DNA of 64,000 nucleotides from a virus, in the IMG/VR virus record IMGVR_UViG_3300028025_003904, positions 56,105 to 120,104 of that record. One strand, written 5' to 3'. The position numbers were made by a program, and so were the translations under genes. How positions within the stretch are numbered: position 1 is the stretch's first letter; each line of letters starts with the position of its first letter. This document shows positions 41,909 to 52,027 of this stretch, piece after piece. The notes below the pieces were generated by a model. The model searched no databases. It was not told where the DNA came from and worked only from the letters and a program-made list of their open reading frames with translations.

Positions 41909-44900
41909 TTAGAATGAACCACCATCTATGGTATTACTCATTACGAAATCAGTACCATTCCATTGTGCTATATCACCAGCCGTTGTAGGTGCTGCTATAA
42001 ACTCAATGTTATCAGTTAAACCTCTAAATGCTAATCGTTTGGTTGAAGAACCTCCCGGTACATTTAGTGAAGCAGTTACACTACTGAATGATACATTGTT
42101 TGCCGTACCAACTCCTTGTATTGAACCACTACCTTCTAATGTATCTAATCTACTATCTACCGATGTAGATAAAGCGGTTACACTAAATGCACTTGCAGAG
42201 AATGAAGTTGCTACTGAACTACTAAAGTCACCAGTTATACTTGCAACACTTGCGTTACTAGCACTAAATGAAGTTGCAATTGAAGAACTAAAATCACTAT
42301 ATCCAAATGTTCCACTTAATGCAGTTTGTACTGAAGATGTGAATACATTATCACCAGTTGCTAAAAGAACTTTTGATTCACTATCTTTTACACCAGCTTT
42401 CCAATAATCATTTGTTGAATCCCAAATTAAAGAACCAGTTGCTAAATTAGGTGATGTTACGTCTTTTACATATAAACCACCATTAGATGCACCACTTCCA
42501 TTTAATTGGATAATATTATCACCTAATTCAATTGTAGTTGAATTAACCGAAGTTGTTGTACCTCTTACTAATAAATCACCTTGAATTGTTACATTTGAAC
42601 CAGTTAGTTCAATTGCTGTTTTTAACGATGATGAATATGATTCTAATGCACCTATTCTATCAGTTTGTCCGTTATCAGTAGTTGCAATTGAAGCACTTAA
42701 TGCAGTTTGTGATGCCGCACTCGCAGAGAATGATGTTGCTGCACTTGCTGAATTAGCCGTTGCAGTTGCCGCACTTGCACTAAATTGAGTGTAAGTAGAG
42801 CCTGATAAAGTATTAAAATCAGATGCTGCCGATGCACTATTTGCAGTTGCAGTAAATGCACTTGCAGAGAATTGAGTAAAAATTGAACCACTAAAATCAC
42901 CAGTTGTACTTGCTACCGATGCAGATAATGCTGCTATTTGAGCGTTACTTGCAGAGATTGAAGTTGCTGCACTTGCCGAATTAGCCGTTGCAGTTGCTGC
43001 ACTTGCACTAAATTGAGTGTAAGTAGAACCAGATAGAGTATTGAAATCTGATGCCGCACTTGCAGAGTTAGCTGATATTGTAGCCAAACTTGCAGAGAAC
43101 GATGTTGCTGCTGATGAACTATTTGCAGTTATAGTTGCTGCACTTGCAGAGAATTGTGTATAAGCAGAACCACTTAATGTGTTAAAGTCAGATGCCGCAC
43201 TTGCAGAGTTTGCAGTTATTGTAGCTAAACTTGCAGAGAACGATGTTGCTGCCGATTCACTATTTGCAGTTGCAGTAAATGCACTTGCAGAGAATTGAGT
43301 ATAAGCGGAACCAGATAATGTGTTAAAGTCGGATGCTACACTTGCAGATAAAGCCGTTTGAGAAGCTAAACTTGCAGAGAATGAAGTTGCTGCCGATGCA
43401 GAGTTTGCAGTATATCCAGCAACACTTGCACTAATTCTTGTATCAAATGATGCAGAATCTGTGTAATAAGATTGTGTAAATGCTAAATAAGAACCAGAAA
43501 TAGTTTCCAAATTAGAAACTCTTGTTCCTAATGAACCACCACCACCGATTGAACTTTCAATTGTATCTAATCTAGTATCAACTGATTGTGAGTAAAGAGT
43601 TACATTACCAATACCAGTAATTGTAGATGAACTAATTTCGCCAGTTACATCCAAACCACCAGTTAAAGTAATTTTACCGGCCGATTGGCTCATTATGGAA
43701 TCACCAATGTGATTTTCACCTGTACCAACCTGAATATACCCAGCTGTTATTCCAATTTCTTCACCTAATGAACCAGTATTTTTTGGTCCAGCGATAAGTA
43801 TTGCCGAATTGTATTCTTCGTTACTTCCAGATGGTTGTACATATATCCAGTGATTAGCAAGTGAATCCCAAAATAATGAACCAGATACACCTGCATTAGA
43901 ACCAGAATCTTGTACACTTACACCACCAAATCTAACCGCAGGAGTTGCATTGTTTAATACGATTGTATTATCACCAATATCTAAAACTGATGCAGTAACA
44001 TTAAATAGTGATGAAGAACCATACACAATTAAATCTTGCGTAATGTACATCGAACCAGTAATTACCTGATTACCTATGAATATATTAGAACCAGTAGTTG
44101 CAAATCTTGTATCATTAAATTCAAGTGAATCTAATCTACTATCTACCGAAGTTGATAATGCTAATACCGATGCTGCTGATGCCGAATCCGTAGTTGCAAT
44201 AGATGCAGATAATGAAGCTACACTAGCTGCACTTGCAGAGAATGAAGTTGCTACTGAAGAACTAAAATCACCAGTTACACTTGCTACCGAAGCAGATAAT
44301 GATGTGATGTTATAGTTACTTGCTGATATTGAAGTTGCAGTAGATGCACTATTTGCACTAATTGTTGCGTAACTTGCAGAGAATGAAGTAGCTGCCGATG
44401 AACTATTTTCAGTTGCAGTAGCTGCACTCGCAGAGAATTGAGTTGCTACTGAACCAGAGAAAGTACCATCAAAATATGATTGTGATGCTTCTAATGCAGA
44501 TACTCTAGTTCCAATACCACTTCCTGAACCACCTAAAGATGCTTCTAAATCTGTTATTCTTGTATTAACAGAACCAGAGAATGGTTGGATGTTACCAACT
44601 AAATTGATTGCTTCGTTTCCATCGCTACCTAATAAGAATAAAGTAGAACTACCACTTGCGTAGTAAGGAACTCCTTTAAGCATTCCATTGTAAGTAGATG
44701 CAGAAAATACATTAGGGTTGGATGACCCCATTAAAAATCTGTTCGTAGCTTGTACCGAACCTGATTCAGGAACAATAAAAGATAATGCCGTTCCGTTTGT
44801 TGTGGTTAGGTTAGCGGACCCAGTAGCTAATACTATTTCACCTTTTTGTAGTGAGCCAGTTACCTCGCTTAATTTTTCTAGACTACCACGTCTGTGTTTG

Positions 44901-44914
44901 ATTATTTGTGCCAT
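41909..44914 (-). CDS. Long Ser/Ala-rich fibre protein with internal tandem repeats
   Basis: IKHRRG...LQKGE start, repeated ANSASAA/SDFNTLSGS/TQFSAS units, ends IDGGSF. Confidence 0.75.
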   Translation of the reverse strand: MAQIIKHRRGSLEKLSEVTGSLQKGEIVLATGSANLTTTNGTALSFIVPESGSVQATNRFLMGSSNPNVFSASTYNGMLKGVPYYASGSSTLFLLGSDGNEAINLVGNIQPFSGSVNTRITDLEASLGGSGSGIGTRVSALEASQSYFDGTFSGSVATQFSASAATATENSSSAATSFSASYATISANSASTATSISASNYNITSLSASVASVTGDFSSSVATSFSASAASVASLSASIATTDSASAASVLALSTSVDSRLDSLEFNDTRFATTGSNIFIGNQVITGSMYITQDLIVYGSSSLFNVTASVLDIGDNTIVLNNATPAVRFGGVSVQDSGSNAGVSGSLFWDSLANHWIYVQPSGSNEEYNSAILIAGPKNTGSLGEEIGITAGYIQVGTGENHIGDSIMSQSAGKITLTGGLDVTGEISSSTITGIGNVTLYSQSVDTRLDTIESSIGGGGSLGTRVSNLETISGSYLAFTQSYYTDSASFDTRISASVAGYTANSASAATSFSASLASQTALSASVASDFNTLSGSAYTQFSASAFTATANSESAATSFSASLATITANSASAASDFNTLSGSAYTQFSASAATITANSSSAATSFSASLATISANSASAASDFNTLSGSTYTQFSASAATATANSASAATSISASNAQIAALSASVASTTGDFSGSIFTQFSASAFTATANSASAASDFNTLSGSTYTQFSASAATATANSASAATSFSASAASQTALSASIATTDNGQTDRIGALESYSSSLKTAIELTGSNVTIQGDLLVRGTTTSVNSTTIELGDNIIQLNGSGASNGGLYVKDVTSPNLATGSLIWDSTNDYWKAGVKDSESKVLLATGDNVFTSSVQTALSGTFGYSDFSSSIATSFSASNASVASITGDFSSSVATSFSASAFSVTALSTSVDSRLDTLEGSGSIQGVGTANNVSFSSVTASLNVPGGSSTKRLAFRGLTDNIEFIAAPTTAGDIAQWNGTDFVMSNTIDGGSF
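42700..43420 (-). repeat. Degenerate coding tandem repeat (about 141-nt unit built from 87- and 54-nt subunits)
   Basis: Recurring plus-strand GCACTTGCAGAGAA and peptide SDFNTLSGSxYTQFSASA (four copies). Boundaries approximate. Confidence 0.75.
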
Positions 44915-45000
44915 TTTTTTGAGTTATTCCCTTTTTGTTTTTTTCTTTATATAAATATATCAAAACCTTTTAATCAATTGTTTTTTTTTGTATTATATTT

Positions 45001-45360
45001 TTACCACTCACCCTGGTCTATCACATTACTTTGTGGTTCGTTATTTACATATGGGTCAGCAGGTGCAATAGAACCCGTCTGTCCACTTATCCATAGTTGT
45101 GCAGGTACATCCGTATCCAATTCACCATCGAAACTACCAGTTAAATTTGTTGCATCTACTACCGCAACTGCTCCACTTATTATTAATGAATAACTATCCG
45201 CATCCGTTGGTACGATTGTTAAACCTTCCATCGTAACATTTTTCAATGTCATCCCATCTACTGTTTCGTAAATAGCGGATGCTAAATCAGTTCCAACCAA
45301 TGAAGCCGATAATAGTGCATCTGCGTTTTCTAATTGTTTTAATGCTATAAATGTTGCCAT
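45001..45360 (-). CDS. Hypothetical structural protein
   Basis: 119-aa acidic ORF ending IDQGEW, like neighbouring fibre C-termini. Confidence 0.65.
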   Translation of the reverse strand: MATFIALKQLENADALLSASLVGTDLASAIYETVDGMTLKNVTMEGLTIVPTDADSYSLIISGAVAVVDATNLTGSFDGELDTDVPAQLWISGQTGSIAPADPYVNNEPQSNVIDQGEW

Positions 45361-45373
45361 AGATATAAATATC

Positions 45374-47170
45374 TTAAAATAATCTTTCTATCGAAATAAA
45401 GTTGTTAAGATAAGCAGCACCTATCATTAGTGAAACACGATAAACTCTATTATTTGTTTTATCTACTATTTGATATTGAGAACCATCGCCTTCCGTTGGG
45501 AAATTCCAATTATATAAAGAAGTTGTTGGAGTTGTTGTATATGTTACATTAGCAGATGTGCCACCCCCGCTCCCACCAACGACCGTATATTGACCACTAA
45601 TGTTAGCCGTAAATGATGTTGATACTGCTGCAATACTCAATCCTCTATTTGCAGATGTTGTGACCGTACATTTGAGATTATCCAATGTTACGAATGTTCC
45701 TGCATCTACAAATCCACTTACTTTCCATACCAATTCACCTGCAACACCTTCCGGTAATTTACTTAAATCCAAATGTGCACCTCTAGCATTACCACCACCT
45801 TCAAATATTCTTAATCGGTTTTGATAAATATCTATACTAGCTGTACTACCTGTTAAACTATTACCTGTTTGTGCATATGCTAAACGAAGTTCACCACCCT
45901 CTGCACCACTACTTCCTCCAATAGTTACTACATTATTAAATGTATTTGTTCCGGTAAATACATTATTTGTAGATGGTAAGTTTGTATTTGTTCTTAATTC
46001 TACTATTGTTAAAGTAGGTCCCATTGATTCACCAAAGTCAAAAAGACCTGATATTCCACTAACAGTTCGCATACTATATGAATACGTTCCCGCCGGTGGT
46101 GTATCTATTACATTTAAACAATACGGAACATTTAGATTTGAACTATTTTCAACTTGAACAATGTTTCCTATTGAATTTTCATCTCTAAAAATTTGTAATC
46201 TAGTCCAAGATGTAACGTTTACTGGGTTTGCGTCACCTGTTACCATAATTTGAACTGGATTACCAGTTGTAGTAATACTTCCACTTATTATTGATACACC
46301 GGTTGTTGTAATTCCAGTTCTACGATTTCCCAATACTTGCGTATAATTTGGACTTCCACTTATAATAGATAATTCCAATGTATCCAATCTACTATCTACC
46401 GAAGAAGATAATGTTGTAATTGAGGTTTGCAATGAACTACTATAAGATGATGCCGATGTAAATGCTCCCCATGCAGATGCCGATACTATACTTAATGAAG
46501 ATGTTGTTGCAAAACTACCACTATCAATTGAAACCCCACTTGTACCCGATGTACCATTTGTTCCGACTACACCATTAGCCCCCTGTACTCCTTGTGCTCC
46601 AGTTGGTCCTTGCGTACCTTGCGAACCATTTGTACCATTAGAACCCTGATTACCTTGTGGTCCTTGTACACCACTACTACCCGCAGTTCCATTTACACCT
46701 TGCGGTCCAACTTCACCTTGTGGTCCTTGTGTACCCTGCGAACCATTTGTTCCACTTGTCCCATTACTACCATTTACACCTTGATTGCCCTGCGGTCCTT
46801 GTACTCCACTACTACCAGCAGTTCCATTTATACCTTGAGGTCCAATTGGTCCTTGATTTCCTTGTGCACCAGATGTTCCACTTGTACCAGATGTTCCAGT
46901 TGTAACAGATGCTGAAACTGCGTTTATTCTACTATGAAAAGATGCAGAATTTGTATTAAATATTGTAGTAGCTAATTTTGTATCAAGTGAATTACTTAAT
47001 GCATTTGTTACTAAATCAGTTGCAAATGCACCATCCAACGAAGATGTTAATTGATTTATTGAAATTTTATAAGTTGTACTACCAGATATACCAACCACAA
47101 AAGTTGTATCTAATGTTGCACTAGTTAATGCTTCTAACTCGCTTATTTTTTTTGTTGGTGTAAATCTCAT
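45374..47170 (-). CDS. Collagen-containing fibre protein
   Basis: KKISEL start, GXY and TSG runs, beta-rich C-terminal domains. Confidence 0.75.
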   Translation of the reverse strand: MRFTPTKKISELEALTSATLDTTFVVGISGSTTYKISINQLTSSLDGAFATDLVTNALSNSLDTKLATTIFNTNSASFHSRINAVSASVTTGTSGTSGTSGAQGNQGPIGPQGINGTAGSSGVQGPQGNQGVNGSNGTSGTNGSQGTQGPQGEVGPQGVNGTAGSSGVQGPQGNQGSNGTNGSQGTQGPTGAQGVQGANGVVGTNGTSGTSGVSIDSGSFATTSSLSIVSASAWGAFTSASSYSSSLQTSITTLSSSVDSRLDTLELSIISGSPNYTQVLGNRRTGITTTGVSIISGSITTTGNPVQIMVTGDANPVNVTSWTRLQIFRDENSIGNIVQVENSSNLNVPYCLNVIDTPPAGTYSYSMRTVSGISGLFDFGESMGPTLTIVELRTNTNLPSTNNVFTGTNTFNNVVTIGGSSGAEGGELRLAYAQTGNSLTGSTASIDIYQNRLRIFEGGGNARGAHLDLSKLPEGVAGELVWKVSGFVDAGTFVTLDNLKCTVTTSANRGLSIAAVSTSFTANISGQYTVVGGSGGGTSANVTYTTTPTTSLYNWNFPTEGDGSQYQIVDKTNNRVYRVSLMIGAAYLNNFISIERLF

Positions 47171-47171
47171 C

Positions 47172-47732
47172 TTATATTACTAATCCTAAATCGTTTTCAG
47201 TATTTATTATATTTGTATTTAATTCAGTTGCAAGCAATATTGGAGCAAATGCACCACAAATTAAAAAGTTTTCTTCATTTAAATCGTTTGGAATTGTTGT
47301 TTTTTGCATTGTAAATGTGATGTTTCCTCTTTCATTAAACCACACAAAATAATCAGGTATATCCAATCTAATCCCGTTTATATAAATATCAAAATCTTTA
47401 CTAGTTAAACTATCGTATCCCTGCATTGGTGCGTAGGATGTTATAGTTGCTACATAATATGTTGAATATTCTATTAAAAGATTTGGATTCAGTTTAACAT
47501 CACTTGCTATATAATCAAACATATCCAATTTATAATCCAACACCTTATCTAAATAATTTGGTTGAATTGTTTTAATTGGTGCTGATTTTGTCTTTGATGG
47601 AGTTGGTAATGTTTTTTCAGCCAATATAGAACCGGTCATATCATTCAAAACTAAATTAGACAGAGTTTCCATCTTATCTAAAAATAGATTTTTTCTATTA
47701 GATATTGCCGATATGTTTGGTCTATATTTCAT
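47172..47732 (-). CDS. Hypothetical protein (neck/collar region)
   Basis: 186-aa ORF with a DIYING motif like the VYING/IDVNG motifs of neighbours. Confidence 0.65.
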   Translation of the reverse strand: MKYRPNISAISNRKNLFLDKMETLSNLVLNDMTGSILAEKTLPTPSKTKSAPIKTIQPNYLDKVLDYKLDMFDYIASDVKLNPNLLIEYSTYYVATITSYAPMQGYDSLTSKDFDIYINGIRLDIPDYFVWFNERGNITFTMQKTTIPNDLNEENFLICGAFAPILLATELNTNIINTENDLGLVI

Positions 47733-48061
47733 TAGTGTGGTATATGTTTGAACATTCCAGTTACTCTTATATCATCCGTTGCATCCAATGTGTATGGAAA
47801 GTTTGCTTTAATAAACTTCACTAACACTGAATTACCATCATTATTTTCCAAAATGTAATCCATTGGTAGAATTGTTTGTCCGTTTACATCTATTCTTTCT
47901 TTTTCTTGCACCGAAGTTAAAGTTCCCATTAAACTATTAGGAGCTAAAACGTATCCTTCAATTATGAATATAAAATAAGTTGGATTACTTAAATCATATA
48001 CATCTACTTTATGTGTGCTAGTAGTAACAAATGGTTTTACTAGCTTTTGGAAATTGCTCAT
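47732..48061 (-). CDS. Hypothetical protein (neck/collar region)
   Basis: 109-aa coupled ORF resembling the C-terminal domain of 48063..49154. Confidence 0.65.
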   Translation of the reverse strand: MSNFQKLVKPFVTTSTHKVDVYDLSNPTYFIFIIEGYVLAPNSLMGTLTSVQEKERIDVNGQTILPMDYILENNDGNSVLVKFIKANFPYTLDATDDIRVTGMFKHIPH

Positions 48062-48062
48062 A

Positions 48063-49154
48063 TTAAACTATTATTTTACCAACAATAGAAACCTCGTCCG
48101 ATATTGGATTTAATCCAAAACCAAGTAATCCAGCATCAAAAGTTACAACATAGTTGTTTCCATTTTGAACTCCCGTCCAATATGCTTTTGAGTATTTTAC
48201 ACCATTTATATAAACTTTAATACCATCCGTTGCCGTTACTGAAAGTTCCGATGGTGGTGTTACTAATTTTGTATTACTAAATGTAATTTGGTATGTTCCT
48301 GTAATTGTACCGATTTTACTATTATATAAGTTGATATAATCAAATAAGATTTTATTATCATTGTAATCATTCATCGTAATTCCAGCAGTCAAAGCATCTC
48401 CTGCTGATTTGTTTATATCAGTTTCTAATGTAGTAACAACTGCTCTCGTTGATATTGATTTTTTGATTGTACTTTCGTTGTTTGCAGATTCAGGTAAAAG
48501 ATATGCATAAGTTGTTAGTGAAAAATTACTACGAACTAATCTTTCTTGATTATCTGTAACTTCAGTTACACCCTCAAATCCATCTATTGTAGTTCTAAAC
48601 TTAAAACCATCACGTTCTCCCCAATACTCCTGACTAGCCCATTGAAATTGTTCAACTATACTATTCATATGTTCTGTATAGTTTGTCCAAATCATAATAT
48701 CATATGTAACATTTACATAATCAGGCATCGTAATATCAATGATTTCTTTTCTAGGTTTAAAATTATTTAACAAAGAAAATTTATCATATCTGTTTTTATT
48801 AGAATATCCAACGTAAGATTGATAATGTAATTGGCGATTTGGCATTGCCATCGTTTCATTTGGGGTTTGGCCGGTACGTTTGAACATAACCAATGGTAAT
48901 TGTATCTTACCTCTTTGGTCTCTATATACACCATCTATTTGTGCAGATTTCCATCTTTCAGCATTTCCGTATATTATAGGAATTGTTATCTCTTTACCAT
49001 CCAATTTTAACTTTGGAACAATAACATCTCTCATATACGAAAATATTGCCTCATCCACATCGTATATACTAATACCACGCTTATAGGTAATACCTTCTCT
49101 CGGCATTTGTTCTGCACGATTGATTGGTTTTCGTAGTGGATTATTTGTTGCCAT
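48063..49154 (-). CDS. Tail terminator / sheath stabiliser (T4 gp15-like)
   Basis: IPIIYG.AERW, LPL..F.R, PDYV..TY...IWT.Y...MN.IVEQ. Follows the neck genes. Confidence 0.7.
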   Translation of the reverse strand: MATNNPLRKPINRAEQMPREGITYKRGISIYDVDEAIFSYMRDVIVPKLKLDGKEITIPIIYGNAERWKSAQIDGVYRDQRGKIQLPLVMFKRTGQTPNETMAMPNRQLHYQSYVGYSNKNRYDKFSLLNNFKPRKEIIDITMPDYVNVTYDIMIWTNYTEHMNSIVEQFQWASQEYWGERDGFKFRTTIDGFEGVTEVTDNQERLVRSNFSLTTYAYLLPESANNESTIKKSISTRAVVTTLETDINKSAGDALTAGITMNDYNDNKILFDYINLYNSKIGTITGTYQITFSNTKLVTPPSELSVTATDGIKVYINGVKYSKAYWTGVQNGNNYVVTFDAGLLGFGLNPISDEVSIVGKIIV

Positions 49155-49155
49155 A

Positions 49156-49611
49156 TTATTCTACTCTTGGTTTAATATTCAATTGTGATAAACGAGTCAA
49201 ACGTGTTGTACATTCGATACCGAAATTGTTTTCTGATTGCATACCTACCAATTGTGTTTGATTAGTATTTGTAATTTCATAGAAACTATCATTGAAATAA
49301 AAGAAATCACCAACTTCTGGATAAATATCTTTAACAATACAAGTGTCTTGATTTACTCTAACTACTACCTCTTGTTCCGTATCTTGTCCAAATCCATCGT
49401 ATTGTTGAGTCTCATCCCCATATTGTAAAACTGCGAATATAGATACACCATCATAGTACGATTTGTCCAAAGATTCACCATATAGGTTTACCTTTGTTTC
49501 ACCCACTATAAGTTTATAAAAGAACACTTGTGTTTGTATTACCGAATCCACAAGCTCTCTACTTATATTTTGGAAAAAATTATAATCTCTTGTACCTATA
49601 AAACGTGGCAT
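49156..49611 (-). CDS. Head closure / neck protein (T4 gp14-like)
   Basis: NLYGES...PEVGD..YF....YEI motifs and gene order. Confidence 0.7.
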   Translation of the reverse strand: MPRFIGTRDYNFFQNISRELVDSVIQTQVFFYKLIVGETKVNLYGESLDKSYYDGVSIFAVLQYGDETQQYDGFGQDTEQEVVVRVNQDTCIVKDIYPEVGDFFYFNDSFYEITNTNQTQLVGMQSENNFGIECTTRLTRLSQLNIKPRVE

Positions 49612-49615
49612 ACTA

Positions 49616-50782
49616 TTATCCTATATAAAATGGCATCGGTATTTTGTTCAACATCTTTTGTACATTATCTGCTTCTTGCATTCTGTATTCCATTTGTTTT
49701 GGTCTACTCAACTCTTCCAAGTTTTGACGAAGTTGTTCGTACAATCTATCTTTATCGTTTTGTGCTTCTGCTCGTAATGCCGCACCATCCAATGAAACCT
49801 CACCTTCTGGAATTGGAATAGTTGCATATTTCTCTCTAATAGCACCTAATAGTTCTTTTGCTAATGCCAATGTATATTTCCAAATCCATTGCTTACCAAC
49901 TGAATTGATTGTTCTGTATGGAATGAAATCGTAATTTACATTTGAGTAAGAAGATACTGCGCCTGCTTTCTTTTGAATTGCATTTTCATCTCTATCTTCT
50001 ACTACAATATAATCAAACCAAATATTAGCAGGAGTTTTATCAGTAGGAACTGGAAATATGTGTAATTGATTGTTTACTATATTGAATGAATATGCACTTC
50101 TACGAACCTGGTCATTAAATTCAATTGCTTGAATACGAAGTAAATCTTCATATATTGGCATCATTACAAATTGTGCAGCTGGTGAGAATGAACTAAATCC
50201 AAACTCATCCATAAGGTTTAGAGTACCTTTTGCAGAAACCGCGTATGGGTCAAAGAAACGAGAGATTGCTGGTGTGTTTTCGTAGTACACCTTTTTGATT
50301 TCAATTCTCTTTCCACTTTCACTTACATCCGCCCATAGGTGATTTAAATCGTATTTACCTACACCAATTGTAGTTTGGAATGAACCTGATTTTTGTGATG
50401 TATAACCACCAACTTCTGCTTCTTGTCCGTAAGAATTGGCAATACGGATTAAAGAACCCATATTAGTTCCCTCTACATATGTGTTTGTAAAGTTAGAACC
50501 GGTAGATTGCCCCATCAAATTAGATAGGTTATTACGAATGTTGAATTGATTTACTTGTGCAGAGTATTCACTAATTGATTCCTCAAAACAAGCATATATG
50601 TTTACAGGTAGTAATTCAATGTTTTGAATTGGATAACCTAATCGTTTTGCAACCCAATCGCCCACACGAGGTCCGTCTGCTTGGAAGTTTATATCTGTAT
50701 CATAAATTCCGAAAGGAGTTGAACCGGAGATTGCAGAACCACTTCCCGGCCAGTTTATACTAGTTACTAAATCTGCTGCCAT
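49616..50782 (-). CDS. Neck / head-tail adaptor protein (T4 gp13-like)
   Basis: RLGYP...IEL, WI.KYTLALAKE.LG..R.KY..IPIP..EV.LDG..L and final P..FYIG. Confidence 0.75.
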   Translation of the reverse strand: MAADLVTSINWPGSGSAISGSTPFGIYDTDINFQADGPRVGDWVAKRLGYPIQNIELLPVNIYACFEESISEYSAQVNQFNIRNNLSNLMGQSTGSNFTNTYVEGTNMGSLIRIANSYGQEAEVGGYTSQKSGSFQTTIGVGKYDLNHLWADVSESGKRIEIKKVYYENTPAISRFFDPYAVSAKGTLNLMDEFGFSSFSPAAQFVMMPIYEDLLRIQAIEFNDQVRRSAYSFNIVNNQLHIFPVPTDKTPANIWFDYIVVEDRDENAIQKKAGAVSSYSNVNYDFIPYRTINSVGKQWIWKYTLALAKELLGAIREKYATIPIPEGEVSLDGAALRAEAQNDKDRLYEQLRQNLEELSRPKQMEYRMQEADNVQKMLNKIPMPFYIG

Positions 50783-50803
50783 AATTTGTTGTTATATACC
50801 TAA

Positions 50804-50812
50804 TATAAATAT
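50804..50812 (-). promoter_or_regulatory. Putative late promoter ATATTTATA (neck operon)
   Basis: Recurrent intergenic 9-mer between a terminator and the neck gene. Confidence 0.65.
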
Positions 50813-50836
50813 ACGATTTCTAAAATAGGATATAAC

Positions 50837-50867
50837 AAAAAAACTACCCACAAAGTGAGTAGTCTTT
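50837..50867 (-). terminator. Rho-independent terminator ending the small-gene island
   Basis: ACTACCCAC/GTGAGTAGT imperfect stem plus T-run. Confidence 0.55.
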
Positions 50868-50914
50868 AACACAATCAAAATGAAAAATCAAAAAAAGAAA
50901 CCTAATCTATATTT

Positions 50915-51274
50915 TTACAAACCTTGCTCCCTTCGAAGTTGTTGGTTGTCATATTCAGCTTCCGAATACTCTACCACTTTTAAGTAAGGGTCAAACTTTG
51001 TTTCGTAGTAACCATTTAGGTTAGCAATTGAAATCATTGTATCAATGAATGACTTACGAACATAAGTCATATCAGATGAACCAAAACCCTGGTCTTCAGG
51101 CCAATCAGAGTAATCTTCAGCTACCTCATTTAATGCATCGTAAACTGCATCCATATAGGTAATAACTCTATTAGTAAAACGTCCCTCAACAGGAAAAGTA
51201 TTTTTAATAGTATCAAACCCCTCGATTAAAGAAGCGGTGGCTAAAACTGAATTAAGATTAAATGGAAGACTCAT
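50915..51274 (-). CDS. Hypothetical protein (early-type island)
   Basis: 119-aa ORF downstream of the promoter at 51313-51344. Confidence 0.7.
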   Translation of the reverse strand: MSLPFNLNSVLATASLIEGFDTIKNTFPVEGRFTNRVITYMDAVYDALNEVAEDYSDWPEDQGFGSSDMTYVRKSFIDTMISIANLNGYYETKFDPYLKVVEYSEAEYDNQQLRREQGL

Positions 51275-51312
51275 AGTAGATATATTTAAAATGTTTAACT
51301 CTTATTACTCTA

Positions 51313-51344
51313 TAAAGGTAAGCATAATAAATGGGAAAGTCAAG
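51313..51344 (-). promoter_or_regulatory. Repeated host-type early promoter (CTTG-N20-TACCTTTA)
   Basis: One of four similar copies with 20-nt spacing. Confidence 0.7.
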
Positions 51345-51362
51345 TCTTTCCCAAATTATTTT

Positions 51363-51941
51363 TTAAATATTTTGTAATGCTTTTTGAATAACATTTTCAG
51401 TATAAGAATAACCTCTTAACTTCTCAATCGCTTTCTCCAAAGTTAATACTCCCCATACATACTCACCGGCCATCATAGCTTTCAAACTACGTTTCGCTTC
51501 TGGCCAAGTACCATATGGTGCTTTACCATTAAAACTCACATACTTTGCACCAAACTCTAATTCAGTTCCGTTATCAGTCGTACCATTATCACCATATTCG
51601 TAGATGTCATGCATACCATCGTAATGACCACCTTTGAACATATTACAGAAAGAAGAGATTTCTTTATAATCATCAGTACCATATTCTAACTCCGAACCAT
51701 CTGCGTAACAAGCATAAAGGTCAGATGAACATCCACCAGCAAAAGTTTCTGATTTACCCCAAACTAACATATCTGGGAATTTAACTTTCATCCATTGTTT
51801 GAACATCAAAGGAACTTCTTTTCTTCCAATAGAAATAACTGGATTAAGTAACGCAACTCCTGAATAAGAGTGAGTACGAAGACAAGTAGCAGGTAACTCA
51901 AAACGGATACCCAAGTAATCAAATTTCGTTGTATTTTTCAT
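51363..51941 (-). CDS. Hypothetical protein, possibly LPD29 (large polyvalent protein) domain
   Basis: K.KFP...W.KSE.F.GG.S.D...F.GG.YDGM.DIYEY pattern, recognised from memory. Confidence 0.55.
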   Translation of the reverse strand: MKNTTKFDYLGIRFELPATCLRTHSYSGVALLNPVISIGRKEVPLMFKQWMKVKFPDMLVWGKSETFAGGCSSDLYACYADGSELEYGTDDYKEISSFCNMFKGGHYDGMHDIYEYGDNGTTDNGTELEFGAKYVSFNGKAPYGTWPEAKRSLKAMMAGEYVWGVLTLEKAIEKLRGYSYTENVIQKALQNI

Positions 51942-51977
51942 ATTTTTATGTTTAATGTTTAACCCTCATTGGTTTAA

Positions 51978-52009
51978 TAAAGATACAAAGAATAATTGAG
52001 AATGTCAAG
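51978..52009 (-). promoter_or_regulatory. Repeated host-type early promoter (CTTG-N20-TATCTTTA)
   Basis: Copy of the island promoter repeat. Confidence 0.7.
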
Positions 52010-52027
52010 CTTTTAGCAAAATATTTT

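Noticed and set aside
47381-47389. ATATTTATA copies inside genes (47381, 8953)
   Set aside because: They encode DIY peptides in AT-rich coding DNA, far from any start. Likely chance, though internal promoters cannot be excluded.
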